DNA from: Acanthaster planci
Taxonomy: Eukaryota
Reading direction: 5' to 3'
NCBI RefSeq assembly: GCF_001949145.1
Contig: NW_019091359.1
Coordinates: 1,624,540-1,688,539, forward strand
Length of the DNA stretch: 64,000 nt
The notes under the pieces were generated by a model, which was not told the DNA's origin, ran no database searches, and worked only from the letters and a program-made list of their open reading frames with translations. A program made the position numbers and the translations under genes. This document shows, piece after piece, positions 52,001 through 64,000 of this stretch. Every line of letters begins with the position of its first letter. Position 1 is the stretch's first letter.

Positions 52001-55000
52001 ACTAACAAGTTTGCATGTTACAAATACACGTAAATTTTGCAGAGGTGGTGGCAAGTAACCTTTGAAAAGGGACGTAATATCACTTCACGGCCGGAAGTAG
52101 CAAAGTACTCGGGTCAAAGCACAAAAACTGCATGATTTCTAGGACATGCGTATACCTTCACATCTGCGTTTGGGGAGACGCGAATATCAAATACTGCCTG
52201 GAATTCGCTTGGCACTACATTTTGTGCGACGCCACCCTGGAGGAAAAAGCACAGACCATCCGGGATGATTGCCGGCATGTCATGCATACCTTCATGTCCG
52301 TGCCCGGTGAAACACGAATATCGAATGTGGCATGAAATTCACTGGGTACAACATTGTGTCCAATGCCTCCCTGGACGAGAAGACAATCAAACATTTAGAT
52401 GAATAACAAACATTCACTTCAGTTCAGTTCATCATATCGTTTTGAAGTCTTCAGAGGCTTTTTATTCTCAAAAGGTGATAAATCTTTTTGCATCAGAGTT
52501 CTTCCCATATTTGTTCTATGATGAGAAGACTTCCCTCCATAAAAAGTAGCGAGTAGGGCAAGTTTTTCAGGCCAGTGATGTGTCGAAACAACAACACGGA
52601 AACAGCAACCTCTAGCACTGTGTGCGGTCTTCCACATTTCAAATACAAATTGATGCATTCTCATGCATGACCACTAAATGTGTTCAAGTCTCGTGTTCCA
52701 GATGCGTGAAACACAACAAGCAAAACCGGTACGTCAAATTTGACAACTGGTATCAGAAGATTACTAACAAGTTGAGAGTATGCTGGAGATTCAGAAGATT
52801 TAGGTGTAGCATTAACGGTTGCGCCAACTGACTATGTGCGCAACCTGGGGCACACAGCTGTTAATGATCTTGGGAGAGGGACTGACTCTTTCAAAAGTGT
52901 GAATTTGCGAAGTTACCTTCACTATAGTTAGGTTAGTTGATGTTACATCACCAAGCGTTGCACATCCAACCATTCTAGAGCAAATAATAAAAATGAAACA
53001 ATGTAATTTATTTGTCAATAATCAACAGAACATTGAAAACAATTCTTTTTACATGCAAAAGAATTATTGCTGACATACACAATTGAAGAAAAGGAAATGT
53101 TGAGATTTCAAAACAAAGATTTTTCAATCACCATTCCGTGTAAGAAAAATGTTGTGGTCCATCAGCAATTTTTAAGTCACTCCTCAAGTCATATATCTGC
53201 TTGGATGAGACTTAATGACCTCAATACAATAGTACACTACTCGACACGGGACGGCAAAGTTACTCACAATGGGCACCATCCACATTTAACTGGTGTTCAG
53301 GAGAGAATGTGGCCTACCATTCCTAAACCAGGTTAAAGTGGGTAATTTTGACGTTTGATGATTCCTCTTTGGTAGTTCTAAGCAATGAAAATTGTGGAAT
53401 TTAGCACTGTTTAGGCGTATACTGGTGTCATTTTTCGAATAATAACTTATTATTCTTCAGCCTGGTTTCTGAACGGTGGGTCACATGTTTGTCGTCATGG
53501 AAATATTACATTAAAAAAACTATCTGAGCAAAATTTTGGACGTAGGGTGTGTACTTCAAAAATGCTCTCATACTCCTCTGTTCTCTTGCACCTGTTTTAT
53601 CAGCGTGCCCATGATTCTTACAAATGGGTCATTAGGGAGACATTTGGTGGAAAATTTTTCGACCTTGGGGAGACATCGGTCGTAAGGAAGACATTTCAAT
53701 GTCTCCTTAATGCCCCATCTACCAGAAGGAGGCCGAATTTTATTGTCTAAATTTTGAAAAGATGATAGATTCGGGTCTACAATGGAAACATCCAAAGTTT
53801 GGTTCAGATCAAACTAGGGAATATTTAATTATGGGACAGTAAAGATTGTGCACTTTCTTAAGGGAATGTCTCCCAAGTGACCCATTTTCGGTAATACAGC
53901 TTGGCACCGTCATCTTTTTTTTAATATGCCACTCTCGTGTTTGCGTATCAGGGTTTTGTCAGGAACTAATTACAAAAAGTAAGACACCACTAACTTGGCT
54001 TTTTCTTCCTCTCTGAAAGCGAGGAAAGAGTTGATCACCTTTTGCTGAAAGAAATACAACAGATCATTCACCTTCAGGAGAAATTAGGGTTTCATTTTAA
54101 TTTGTTTCCAGGGAATTCGGAGTTTGAATGGCACAGTAATGACGCCTTAATAACTTTTCTGTTTCCTTTTTTCAACCTTTTCCCTGCATAACACTCTACA
54201 CATGTACAAAAGGACTACCAAGGCTCAACATTTGGCACTTCTGAGTCTGGCTTTGAACGCTGAGTACATTTGAGATGCTGGCAAATTCTTTAACTTTTCA
54301 TTCATCAAATGACAACCACTAGTGTATATAATCCAATAGTATCCAAACTCTTAACTGTAAATTATGCAGAAACTCTTTCTTTGAACTCTAACCACACAAC
54401 AGGCACGTACAAATTCATAGTTACTTTAAGCTTGCTTAGTACTCATAGTTTACATTAATCAAGTGCAGTTTGAAATAGGACAATTGTTAATGCGAATTCA
54501 AACTTGTTGTAGATGTTCCTGTTGTTTTATGAGAAACGATCACACTGAAAACTTACCAACTTTTCGGCAGCAGTATTTTCAATGAAGCGCGATCCATGAC
54601 CTGGATTTCCCTCGCATTTCACTTCCAACCCTGCAGGAGAAAAAAGTAGAGGAAAAGGGCTGAAAATGTAATATTACCTCAAGGTTTCAACCTGACACTG
54701 ATGTGTATATTCCCCATGTGTTCTCAGTGTGGTCCAAGAGTTCTGAAAAAAAAAACTTGCTTGAGTGGGATTCAAACCCACAACTTCCTGATTACTGTTG
54801 CAGACATTTTAACTTCTTGACCACAGAGTTTTGCCATGATAGGGTGGCTGGCTCGAATCCACTGTAACAGTGGTTACCACAATCAGTCAATGGTTGGACA
54901 ATTTTCAAAATGAAGAAAAGTGACACTGATATTGTTTTTTTTTAAAAACACACACACATGCAATTTTGCATGTAAGTAAAGTACACATCTTTCGTGTAAA

Positions 55001-58000
55001 ACAATGGGATTTGAAGACTGTTTAACTTTGTATTGGACAATTCTGTCCAGTTGAAAATGAGATTGTCAAGGTAAAATCAGTAATGACTAGGTGAAAAATT
55101 GTCAGGCTTGAGTTCTTACACCAAGGTGCCCGTTCGCCATAGAATACAGTACACTTGTTGGTAGGGTTAGCCAAACCTGAGGAAAACAAGAGAGAACAAA
55201 ACTAATGTACGATTTCCCAAGCGAGCACACCGACCTGCACTGGATGGTGTGCTCATATCAACCACAGTGTGTACGTGTACATAATTAGGTATGGAAACAT
55301 GACACAAGGATTTCAACAAGTTGAAAACATAAAAGACAGAAGCCAGTCCATGCCACAGTGTTGCTTTCAAAGTCAATCCCAACTCAAGCAGAAGTCACCA
55401 AGTCTCATCAAGCCTAGTGACCCACCATTCAAATGGTCGGTTTCATCATGAAGTGAGGTGTAAGATAGTTTTGGTACACCACGGAGTGACGTACCATCCA
55501 TAGATTTTGAACACATAATACGTCAGTTTGTCAGTGCATGGTGTGAACTATCTACGACATGTCACTTTGTGATGCAACTGATGACCTGAAGTGACAAAGT
55601 CACTCCTTTGTGACTGTTCGTCGCATGATTTGACTTACAAAAGGCTCGGTGGTATCTCTGACATACAAAATCTGGACTACCTTCAAGTCCTGTCATGAGT
55701 CCATTCACAGCCTATTACATGAAACAGATTGAGCAACAGCCGGGAAGTTGGTGTTGTTTTTGTCAGGGTTCATCTGAACAGCTTATGACTTGACTTGAGA
55801 CAGAGTTGTAACAAGTAACTGATTTTTGTGACTCGAGTCATTGCAGCACTGTAACTCAAGATGAGTTGAGTCAAGTCACGGTAAAGTAGTGACTTGAGTT
55901 GAGTCAAGTATTTAGCTCAAGTCAATTCAGGTCACAAATATTTAAAAACGATACCATTAAGAAAAACAAGAGAGAAAGTCACTGGGGGACATTTTGAAAT
56001 TGACCTCTGAGTAACTACATGTGGTTACACCTCATCTTACTCTTGATGATAACACATGACATGAACATTATGAACCAGCACTGTAAGTTATTGCCAATTT
56101 TGGGGGGTAAACAAGTTTGCTTTTATTTTTGGGACCGGAGTCTTGTTAGCTTTCACTCGAGTCGGGTGAGTGACTCGAGTTGAGCCATTTGTTTAAAATG
56201 ACTGGAGTCGAGTCATTTTTAGCTGTCAGGTCTCAAGTCAAGTGGCCAAAAATTGTCAGTTGAGTCACACTCAAGATGAGTGATTTACTTGAGTCATTAC
56301 AACTCTGACTTGTGAAAACTTGGGGACTCCACCATATCCCTATTTGGACCTAGAATGGTTTCAACAAGCCCACCAATCGTCTGAATTTCACTCAAGTTTA
56401 CCTTCATCAAGACCAAAGCCCATGTTGAGTCGTAGGAATGATGGATGGTCCAAAAACTTCATCATACCTTGGATGCCACCAACCTCCTCATCTGCAAAAA
56501 ACAACATGAAAAAACAAAAATAGCGAATGCCTAATATCGTGAGACGTCTTTTTTTGCATCAAGGAGATTTTGTCTTTATATTGGGTGTTCTGCCCTTCGT
56601 CAACATTTTTTTAATCATTACTGTATACTCACTTCTGTCAAAGACTCCTGAAAAAATTCATCAGCTCTCTTGGGTGCCCTGGTGTGTTTAGAAACCCACA
56701 ATCTATACTTTATACAGTCCCGCTGTACTAATGTTTTTCACAAGCCTTCATACAACACTGAGTACACAGGGTTTATAAATATGTCACAACCCAACCCATG
56801 GTGTACAGGTCACTGCATAATGGCAACTTAAGAGTGCTGTGTAAAGTCTCAGGCATGATAAATGTTTCCAGCGAGTGCCACAAACGTCAGGTAAAACTGA
56901 CCTGGCATGAATGTCAAGTGGATCGTTCTCAGGGGCTTCACACCAGCTGCTATGAGTCTCCGCACAGCTTCAATGTACCTGGAAGAAATTTGTAAATGCT
57001 TTGAAAGTACAGGACCAACCCTGCAACTCATGCAGGTATTGAAGTGGACTGAGTCTTGACTTATAGGATGTTTTAACAGCATGGTGAACTAAGAGGCGAG
57101 CCAAAAAACAACTATTCCCGTGGACTCTGTCTGAAAAGCATTTCCTAAATGAACTACAGGGCAATATGTAAACAGTTATGTCGTCTTCAAGGGTGAGATT
57201 GGAGGATGAAGACAAATCTGGCGAATGTCCAACACAGAGGAAAACTCTCTGACAATGTCACCAATCAAATACTCCAACTTTCCATGGTTTGAGTTACATG
57301 CAAATTCTCCTATGGTGTTCCATGAAGCGTTCTATTTGTCCCATGGTAAAGTTGAAGGAAAATAGAACTGTCCATGGATCATAAAGACAGGCTAGTTTTA
57401 CAATACCACAAGAGAAAGCAGTTAGGACATGAAGTTGTGTCATAAAACCTGTTTTACACATTCTGCTTGATTTATTTAACCCTGACCCACCAGGGCCATT
57501 TGCTGGGGCATACCTTCAATCCTCCAGTCGCCCTAGTGCAAAAAACTTGCCTTCGTCATCAATTCTCCAAAATCCTCCAATTTTTGCACTTATGCTCAAA
57601 TTGAGAAGTACCCAGCTCCTCAATCCTTCAAGATCCTTTGCCGATTCCTGCCAATATGTTGAGGCAGTGTAAATAGCTTTCTCGAGCAGTTCAAAGTAAA
57701 TGTCGGGCTAAATTTATGCATGACTGATCATCAACAACACAAGGTCCAACCTGCGACCTTCACACAAGGCATCCTTCACAATCAGCCCTACACTTTTGCC
57801 ATTCATTCTCAATCCTCCAAAATTCTCCAAGAACCGCCCAAAGGATTTTAGAGGATTGAGGAGGGTTAAGGAGCAATAACTGTATAACATTAACAGTCCT
57901 CACTTTGCCGGAACAGGTGAAGAACAGAGGACTGCTGGGGTTGGTTTAAATACAATGAAGTATATGTGTGCTTGAACATGAAATTTGCTAACAGGCATTT

Positions 58001-61000
58001 AACTTGCACTTTGCCAACAAAACACGGAAATTCCAAACTTTACGAGATTTTGCACAGTGTTTTTTCAACTTTCAATGACACGAGTGTGAAGTGAAAAACA
58101 AGGAAATCAGCCGATCCGAGGAAAAGTTGCATGCCTGTGTTAAGCATTCACTCACACCGTTCAAAACTTCCTTGTCGCAAATAGTCTAAACCTATTTCTG
58201 TAGCATTAACGCTTGGAAAAACCCACAATGCGCACACCATGATGCATCTCCACACTTTTCAGACTGCTCTGCATGCATTGGGTGCTACAGGTATGCAACT
58301 AGCTCTCTTGGCCATGTCCAGCAACATAGCAAAAAACAGTGAATGCCATGTGACTAGTCCATGGCCATTCAAGATACAGAATCTATGGACAAGGTGCAAT
58401 ATCTACCAGGCAAGATATGGGACGGAGGAGTACCCCACCCCCTAACCTGTCCAATCCCTATACACACTCTAGACTATTGTTACCTAACACATCCCCCCTA
58501 GAAGTCTGTAAGGAATTCCTGAGATTCCGATCAAACAATGACCAACACAAAGGCGGGGGGGTTCTCTCCGTCCAATATCTTCCTTCAAATGGTGCAACAG
58601 CAGGAATAAGAACACTGCAACGAGTGACTGAAGAACCAACAGAACATTCTATATTTCTTAGCAACATACGGTTGTACTCACTGAATTCCAACACTCTTCA
58701 TGTCCTGCAAATTAAAAAATTCAAAAAAAAAAACTCTCTCATTTTCAAAGAGATGCAGGGAGATTTCTCTGTTAAAGTTTGCACCTGACTTTTACAGATT
58801 CCAATGTAAAACTATTACAGGAATTTATTCAGCGATAAACAAGGTAAAAAAAAGTACATGTATGGTTTGCGCCTTGCCTTTGTTTACTTTGTGTTCTCTG
58901 CAGGAGTCTCAGCTAAATGTAGATGAACCTTAAAAGGCAAAACTTAGTGCCTGCATCACATAAAAGAAAACCACACAGAAATCCTGCCTCTGTGATGAAA
59001 AGGACAATATGGAAGGTTGCATGCTCTTGGGAAACTGTGACACAATTTTCTGTGCAGGAATGTTTGCCCCAAATACACAATTACCGTACCTGTACGTACA
59101 AACAGTACTATGCTAGACAAGGGCAAACTTAAATTGGTGGCCCGGATGCACTTTTTTGGGCTCGTCGCGTATCAGATTGGGGGAGAGCTGGCCAAAAATA
59201 GCCTTCGTATCATGTGACATGCCACCAGCCAATGAAATACCAAGAACAATGCAACAAAAACCAACCACCTGCAATATGACATGTACACGGTACAGTACCT
59301 GGGTGCCTCTTGCATAGATATCACCATTCTCGTACTTAACTGCCTCAAAGGCATCGCACTTCCACAGATCCTGGAAAAAAAGTGGAACAAAGAGCTGTAT
59401 ATGCCACAAATACAGTTGACATGGTGAAGATCCAGTCCATATCTGCCTTGTGCAGAAGTAGGATACACGAAAGTTGCACATGACGTGTGCTGATGAAAAA
59501 ATTACTGGTACCTCCTGGGTCAAGCATACACTTGGGGCAAAAAGTTAGAAAAACACTTTTCCTCACTTTTTTGTTGTTTGAAATAGTTCTGCCGACTTTT
59601 TCTCGATAAGGTTAGGACAAACTGTATCTCAGCTTAATGTTCACAGTTTGTATTTCAATTGAACATTCTCAGAGACATTTATTACGATTCAAAATATTAA
59701 TATTGCTGAAAAATCATTTTGTGAAAATTTACATCTACATGTACTCCTTACTGTCATTCAAAAACACGTCAGAAAGTTGTCCACTGCAACTATGAGATGT
59801 GACCCAAAATACAGGAAATGGCACTAACTAGGCTGGGAGTATCTAAAATTTTGATTTTCTTTTGTAAATATAAGTGTGAATTATATACCACATCTCTGGG
59901 TGTTGTTATTTGATGCATACACCATGTTCATTAAGTAGAGACCCATCTTCTCTGTTTTATGAAAAGAAAGGTCGGTAGGGATGAGTGAAGTTGTGACATT
60001 CGAGGAAAACTGTTTTTGTTCCACCATGTGTAGACAGACGTACGTAAACCTTTTGCTTCAAAGGTGCATTAAATTCACCTCCAAATAACCAGCACATGTA
60101 TTTGTTTTGAACCGAATTACTCCACCATGCAGGGATTACCAAATCAGACTCTCCAAAGAAATCTACATCCACCAATGGAAAAACTACATGTACTTTGCAA
60201 GGGATGTCAATCAAAGCAAAAAATCTCACCTCGTAAACAGGCACAACATCGGTGTGTGAGTTGAGGATAACACTTTTCAAGGCAGGATTCCTACCTTCCC
60301 AGGTCATAATGAAGACATCTTTCCCTGGATGGACCTACATGTACATGGGTAACGACACAAACAGAAAGACATCAATTTATATGTACATGTACATGTGTAT
60401 TGGTACTGTTCTTCAACAGCACACATACTGCATGGTGTTTACAAAGTTAAAGACTCGGCATTTTGAGTCGGGGCCATGTACATGTATTCTGTGTTTTGCT
60501 CTGATATGTCAACGACCAAACAAATCTGGGCCCCAAAAATTGTATTTACATGTAGCAGGTTTTAAGATTGTCCAAAGGTTGTAATCTGTTGACCATATGG
60601 AAAATGTTGTATTCATTATCATTGGTGACAAATCACAAATCAGGTTGGCAAATTCTTCAAAAACAGTGAGTTTTCACTGAAGGCTTGGGAATTAACTGAT
60701 GGAAGCCACTGACTAGCAGGTATAAAAAAAACCATGTTTTTTGTCAGTCTGCTTCCTTTTTCCAACCAGCCTCATGTTACTTTGACTTGTCTATTTGTTT
60801 CCAACAATGTGCATTTATATCTCCCACTGCTCACTACAAAACCTACTTCTGTCGAACACTGTTATAACAAGGTCCTTGGAATTTAACAAATTTCCTTGTT
60901 ACAATAGTTACTTTGTATGATCAGTAATGGAAACATAATGAAAATCAGAGAATTGGGACCTAAATTTGACCTCGTTACAGAAGCGACCTTGTATGAACAA

Positions 61001-61983
61001 GGCTCCTTATCTGGGTTCGACTGTAAACAGGTCAAAGTTCTTTCAATTCTGATACAAAACCATTTGCAAAAGAGTCCAGGAAATGGCTGCTTTCTCCTGA
61101 TGTTGAAGGTCTGCTGATGTTTATTATTTTAAAATGTTATTGCTGCTATCAACTTTTAATCATATCACAATACTGAACTGGAAGTAGAGAGTTTCAAGTT
61201 ATCTGGCTTTGATTGGTCGAGAATTTATTGTTCACCATGTACACTGGGAATATTAGTACATGATATACATCAAATCCACTCAATATTGGATTTCTGATAT
61301 ATCGATTATCAAAAATCTTTATAAACCGATGGACCCTTACTAAGTGTAGGATGAGAAACTTTTTTTTCTCAGCTTTATTCTTTATGACGGCCAGTTGTTT
61401 CAGATTCAGCCATAACATCATGTACCGTGTGTCAGTCAAAATGATACTCACCTCAACAATTTCATACGGCAGGCCCAACTCGGTAGCCATTCGCTGAAGA
61501 AACAGCAAAGCTCCAGCTGAAAGTTTGTAAAATATTTCAAAGAAAAAGATTTCCATCGACAGACAGAATCCATGCACTTCTGAAAAAACTTTTTCTTTAG
61601 TTATCCTGAACTATTGCGCGGTAGAAATGCAAAGTCTTTTTNCCCTTACCAGTTGTGAGATATTACACAATTTACCCCTGGAAGAGAAATGATATCAACT
61701 AACAGCTAGAGTCCCAGCAAGCCCCACTGGTGTGGCACGGACTCTCAGCATACGGTGAGAGTCCGTGTCACACCCACTGGGGCTAATCCCATGGTCACAG
61801 CATGCCAGACACTACATGAGAGTCTCAGTGAGACAGGTTTCGTCTGCCCGTCCGCAGAATCGTACCATAATCTGGCTCCGGATGGACCGTTTTGATCCTC
61901 AGGTACTCCCTGAAGTTCGAGACGGCCTGGTCCTCCGTTTTGGCTTTCTTTGCATTTTCTTGCGGGGCTGGAGTTGGCGACAT
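49009..61983 (-). CDS. ACY1: Aminoacylase-1 (M20A family N-acyl-L-amino acid amidohydrolase)
   Basis: Exons 61983-61866, 61516-61452, 60334-60230 (LNSHTDVVP), 59370-59299 (IYARGTQ), 58704-58682 (DMKSVGIQ), 56978-56902, 56491-56402 (DEEVGG...LDEG), 55176-55120, 54630-54557 (GNPGHGSRF), 54044-53995, 52974-52917, [52370-52290 or 52236-52156], 51831-51763, 50660-50584, 49243-49009 ([11 protein letters not shown]...[14 protein letters not shown]). All phases join and the motifs are colinear with vertebrate ACY1. Confidence 0.95.
50804..51000 (+). mobile_element. tRNA-derived SINE
   Basis: A-box tggcctagtgg (50811), B-box ggttcgaatcc (50856), then tgaccttgggcaagtcacttta (50886-50907). The 3' boundary is approximate. 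Confidence 0.7.
52156..52236 (-). CDS. ACY1: ACY1 duplicated alternative exon (variant b): [27 protein letters not shown]
   Basis: 81 nt, cag|...|gtatac, phase 0-0, no stops; paralogous to 52290-52370. Confidence 0.85.
52290..52370 (-). CDS. ACY1: ACY1 duplicated alternative exon (variant a): [27 protein letters not shown]
   Basis: 81 nt, cag|...|gtatgc, phase 0-0, no stops. Confidence 0.85.
54675..54870 (-). mobile_element. Degenerate tRNA-derived SINE-like element
   Basis: The minus strand reads tggtcaagaagttaa...gtgggtttgaatcccac (A/B-box-like). Boundaries are approximate. Confidence 0.4.
55801..56307. mobile_element. hAT-type non-autonomous element
   Basis: Perfect 11-bp TIR cagagttgtaa / ttacaactctg; 8-bp TSD acttgaga / acttgtga (1 mismatch); dense internal GAGTC/GACTC motifs. 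Confidence 0.8.
58416..58577. mobile_element. MITE family X, copy 3
   Basis: Colinear with 10149-10302 (cactctagactattgttacctaacacatcccc shared exactly); termini tatgggacggag / ctccgtccaata. Confidence 0.75.
60849..61023. mobile_element. Tc1/pogo-like MITE
   Basis: Termini ctgtcgaac ... gttcgactg followed by TA. Confidence 0.5.
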
Positions 61984-64000
61984 TGTGCTGGGGACTTCCC
62001 GCGTCCACTGGTGGTCTGGATATGACTTGGCACCGTGAAATGTATGGTGTACTATTTACGACAAACATTTCTCTCTCTCTCTCTCTAGCTCTCTTTAGAC
62101 TCCCTCCAGGCGACGCAACCACACGACGCGGCGGCACGACGACTCCCTTGCGTCGTGCCGTCGGGTCGCACCGTCGCCTTCCTTCTTGCCATTACTTTTG
62201 TACACACACGACGCGATGCTCGACACGACACACGACACACGACGCGTCGGGTACTATCGCCCCCTTTGCTTCTTGGCATTAATAGAGGGCGCCTTTACTG
62301 TTTCATTCAATTCCGTCCCCCGTACTTGCATAGTACGGTACAGTCCACTAATTCAAGCCCCATTGAAAACACTGTAAAAATCGGCACTGTTCAGGGCCCA
62401 ATAACATGCAGTCTAACATCCTTGAGATTGCTGAAAGACAAATAAAATTATTGTCTGGTCCCTAATCTTTCGATTTCTTTCCAATTTTTTTGTGGGTTAA
62501 CCAATTACATTTTTAATTATTCCCACAAAACAAACTAACCCCCGAAAAGTGATTTTTCAGAAGTCTGATTGCAGCCATTTTTCAAGTGGCAACCCTCAAC
62601 CTTCTTGGGCACTTAGGACCATTTTTCAGTTGTAGTTTTTAGCCATGCTGCTCTCATAGCATAGCTCAAAGACCAAGGCAGTTGATCCTGGCAACGATTT
62701 ACACAATCTCACCATTTCGGGGGCCAAACAATCTCCTCTTTTTCAGAAAAATGCTGGGCTGCTACTTTTAATGCTAATGAGCTGAGCAGAAATTCTTACT
62801 TGAATAGTGGATTGCATGCACCCAGTACATGGTATTTGCTCTTTGTCCGCTGCCACCATATGGGCATGCAGAGCCTTGAACTGACATCTTTTGAAGTATT
62901 GTCCAATCGTATAGTATAGATGGTAGAAGAACTAACGCAGCATCATGCCCAAAATTACCTAGCAACATACTTGTACACGGAAAAAGCTGCCAGATCGAGG
63001 CTCTGCATGCCTGTGGCGGTAGCGTACAAAGAGCAAATAGGTCTTGTTTCTGTTGCTACTTTCTAACTTTGTGTTTTCATTAAGAGTGAGTTGTTGAAGA
63101 AAAGGTTTGTTTTTTTAATCAAATGTAATTAGAAAGGGCGTCACGAGCAACTATCAGCCTTGTCTCCAGGAAATAAATAACATGAGCCACAAAGTTGTTT
63201 TAATTTTTCCTGCTCTAATTTTGATCTTCCTAATAATTATGTAATAGAATTAATTTTGCTCCCCCACTTTTTGAAATCCTAACTCCCCCAGAATTAGGTC
63301 ATACAATTTGTGTGGGTTGCTTGACAGTGCGTGTGGGCAGTTGGTAGCAGAACTTGCAACCAGCCACAAGAGTCCTTGAGAAGGAGCTGATAACTTCCCT
63401 AGCCAGTGACCTTCCACCTCACTTGGCTACTGGACTGAACAGAGACTGTTCTGTTGTCTCTCTGTGATTTCTCCTTCCATTGAACCTGCCATACTTACAA
63501 ATTCGTCCCTGTCCTGCTCTAGGCAAAAACATTACCAGTATAAGCCTATTCTATTCTATTGAACCACACATGCATACGCTGCTGGACAGTGGGTGGCCTG
63601 GACCAGAGCCACATGAATTCCGTTTCGAAACCTGATTTAGACGAGGGGAAGGAAAGACTGTGCATTTGAACTCTAAACATCATAGCCCAATACATCTTCG
63701 CCATCCATTCGAGCTCTTTTTACTGCAAGCCTGTCTACAGCAAGCTCTACAGCTACTTGCCAAGTCAAGACAAGCCAAGTCGTCCCCAACTTCAGCAATA
63801 GATCGTCTTCAAGCTAGGCCCTTTATTTATTTTCATTGCTAATTCATAATGTTTTCTGTTAAATAGAATCCCTGTTTTTCATTATTAAAAAGATGCTTTC
63901 TCAGAGTCTAACGTGAGGATATTTGTATTTTCGTAAACCGTGCAAAAACTTGGCACTATATCAGCAGGAAACGAATTAATTCTCACTGGTTTGCTGATAA

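Noticed and set aside
57477..57949. Possible TTAA-flanked DNA transposon with aatcctcc repeats
   Set aside because: The termini are too degenerate to support a call.

Overview
Intron-rich animal genomic DNA; the gene content suggests an invertebrate deuterostome, probably an echinoderm (inference only). There are three N-gaps plus one single N. By reading GT-AG junctions and exon phases I reconstructed six spliced genes, all on the minus strand: (1-2) two tandem paralogues with signal peptide, linker and F5/8 type C (discoidin) domain, of which the complete copy adds two SRCR domains; (3) an astacin-EGF-CUB metalloprotease; (4-5) two tandem membrane-anchored UDP-glycosyltransferases; (6) aminoacylase-1 (ACY1). 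Introns and intergenic DNA carry many MITEs, SINE-like elements and a Rex1/Babar-type LINE remnant. The most interesting observations are a duplicated, probably mutually exclusive 81-nt exon pair in ACY1, a strongly remodelled sugar-donor signature in both UGTs, loop-focused divergence between the discoidin paralogues, an altered cysteine pattern in the astacin domain, and two single-base frameshifts that may be assembly errors. I found no evidence for a wholly new multi-gene system.
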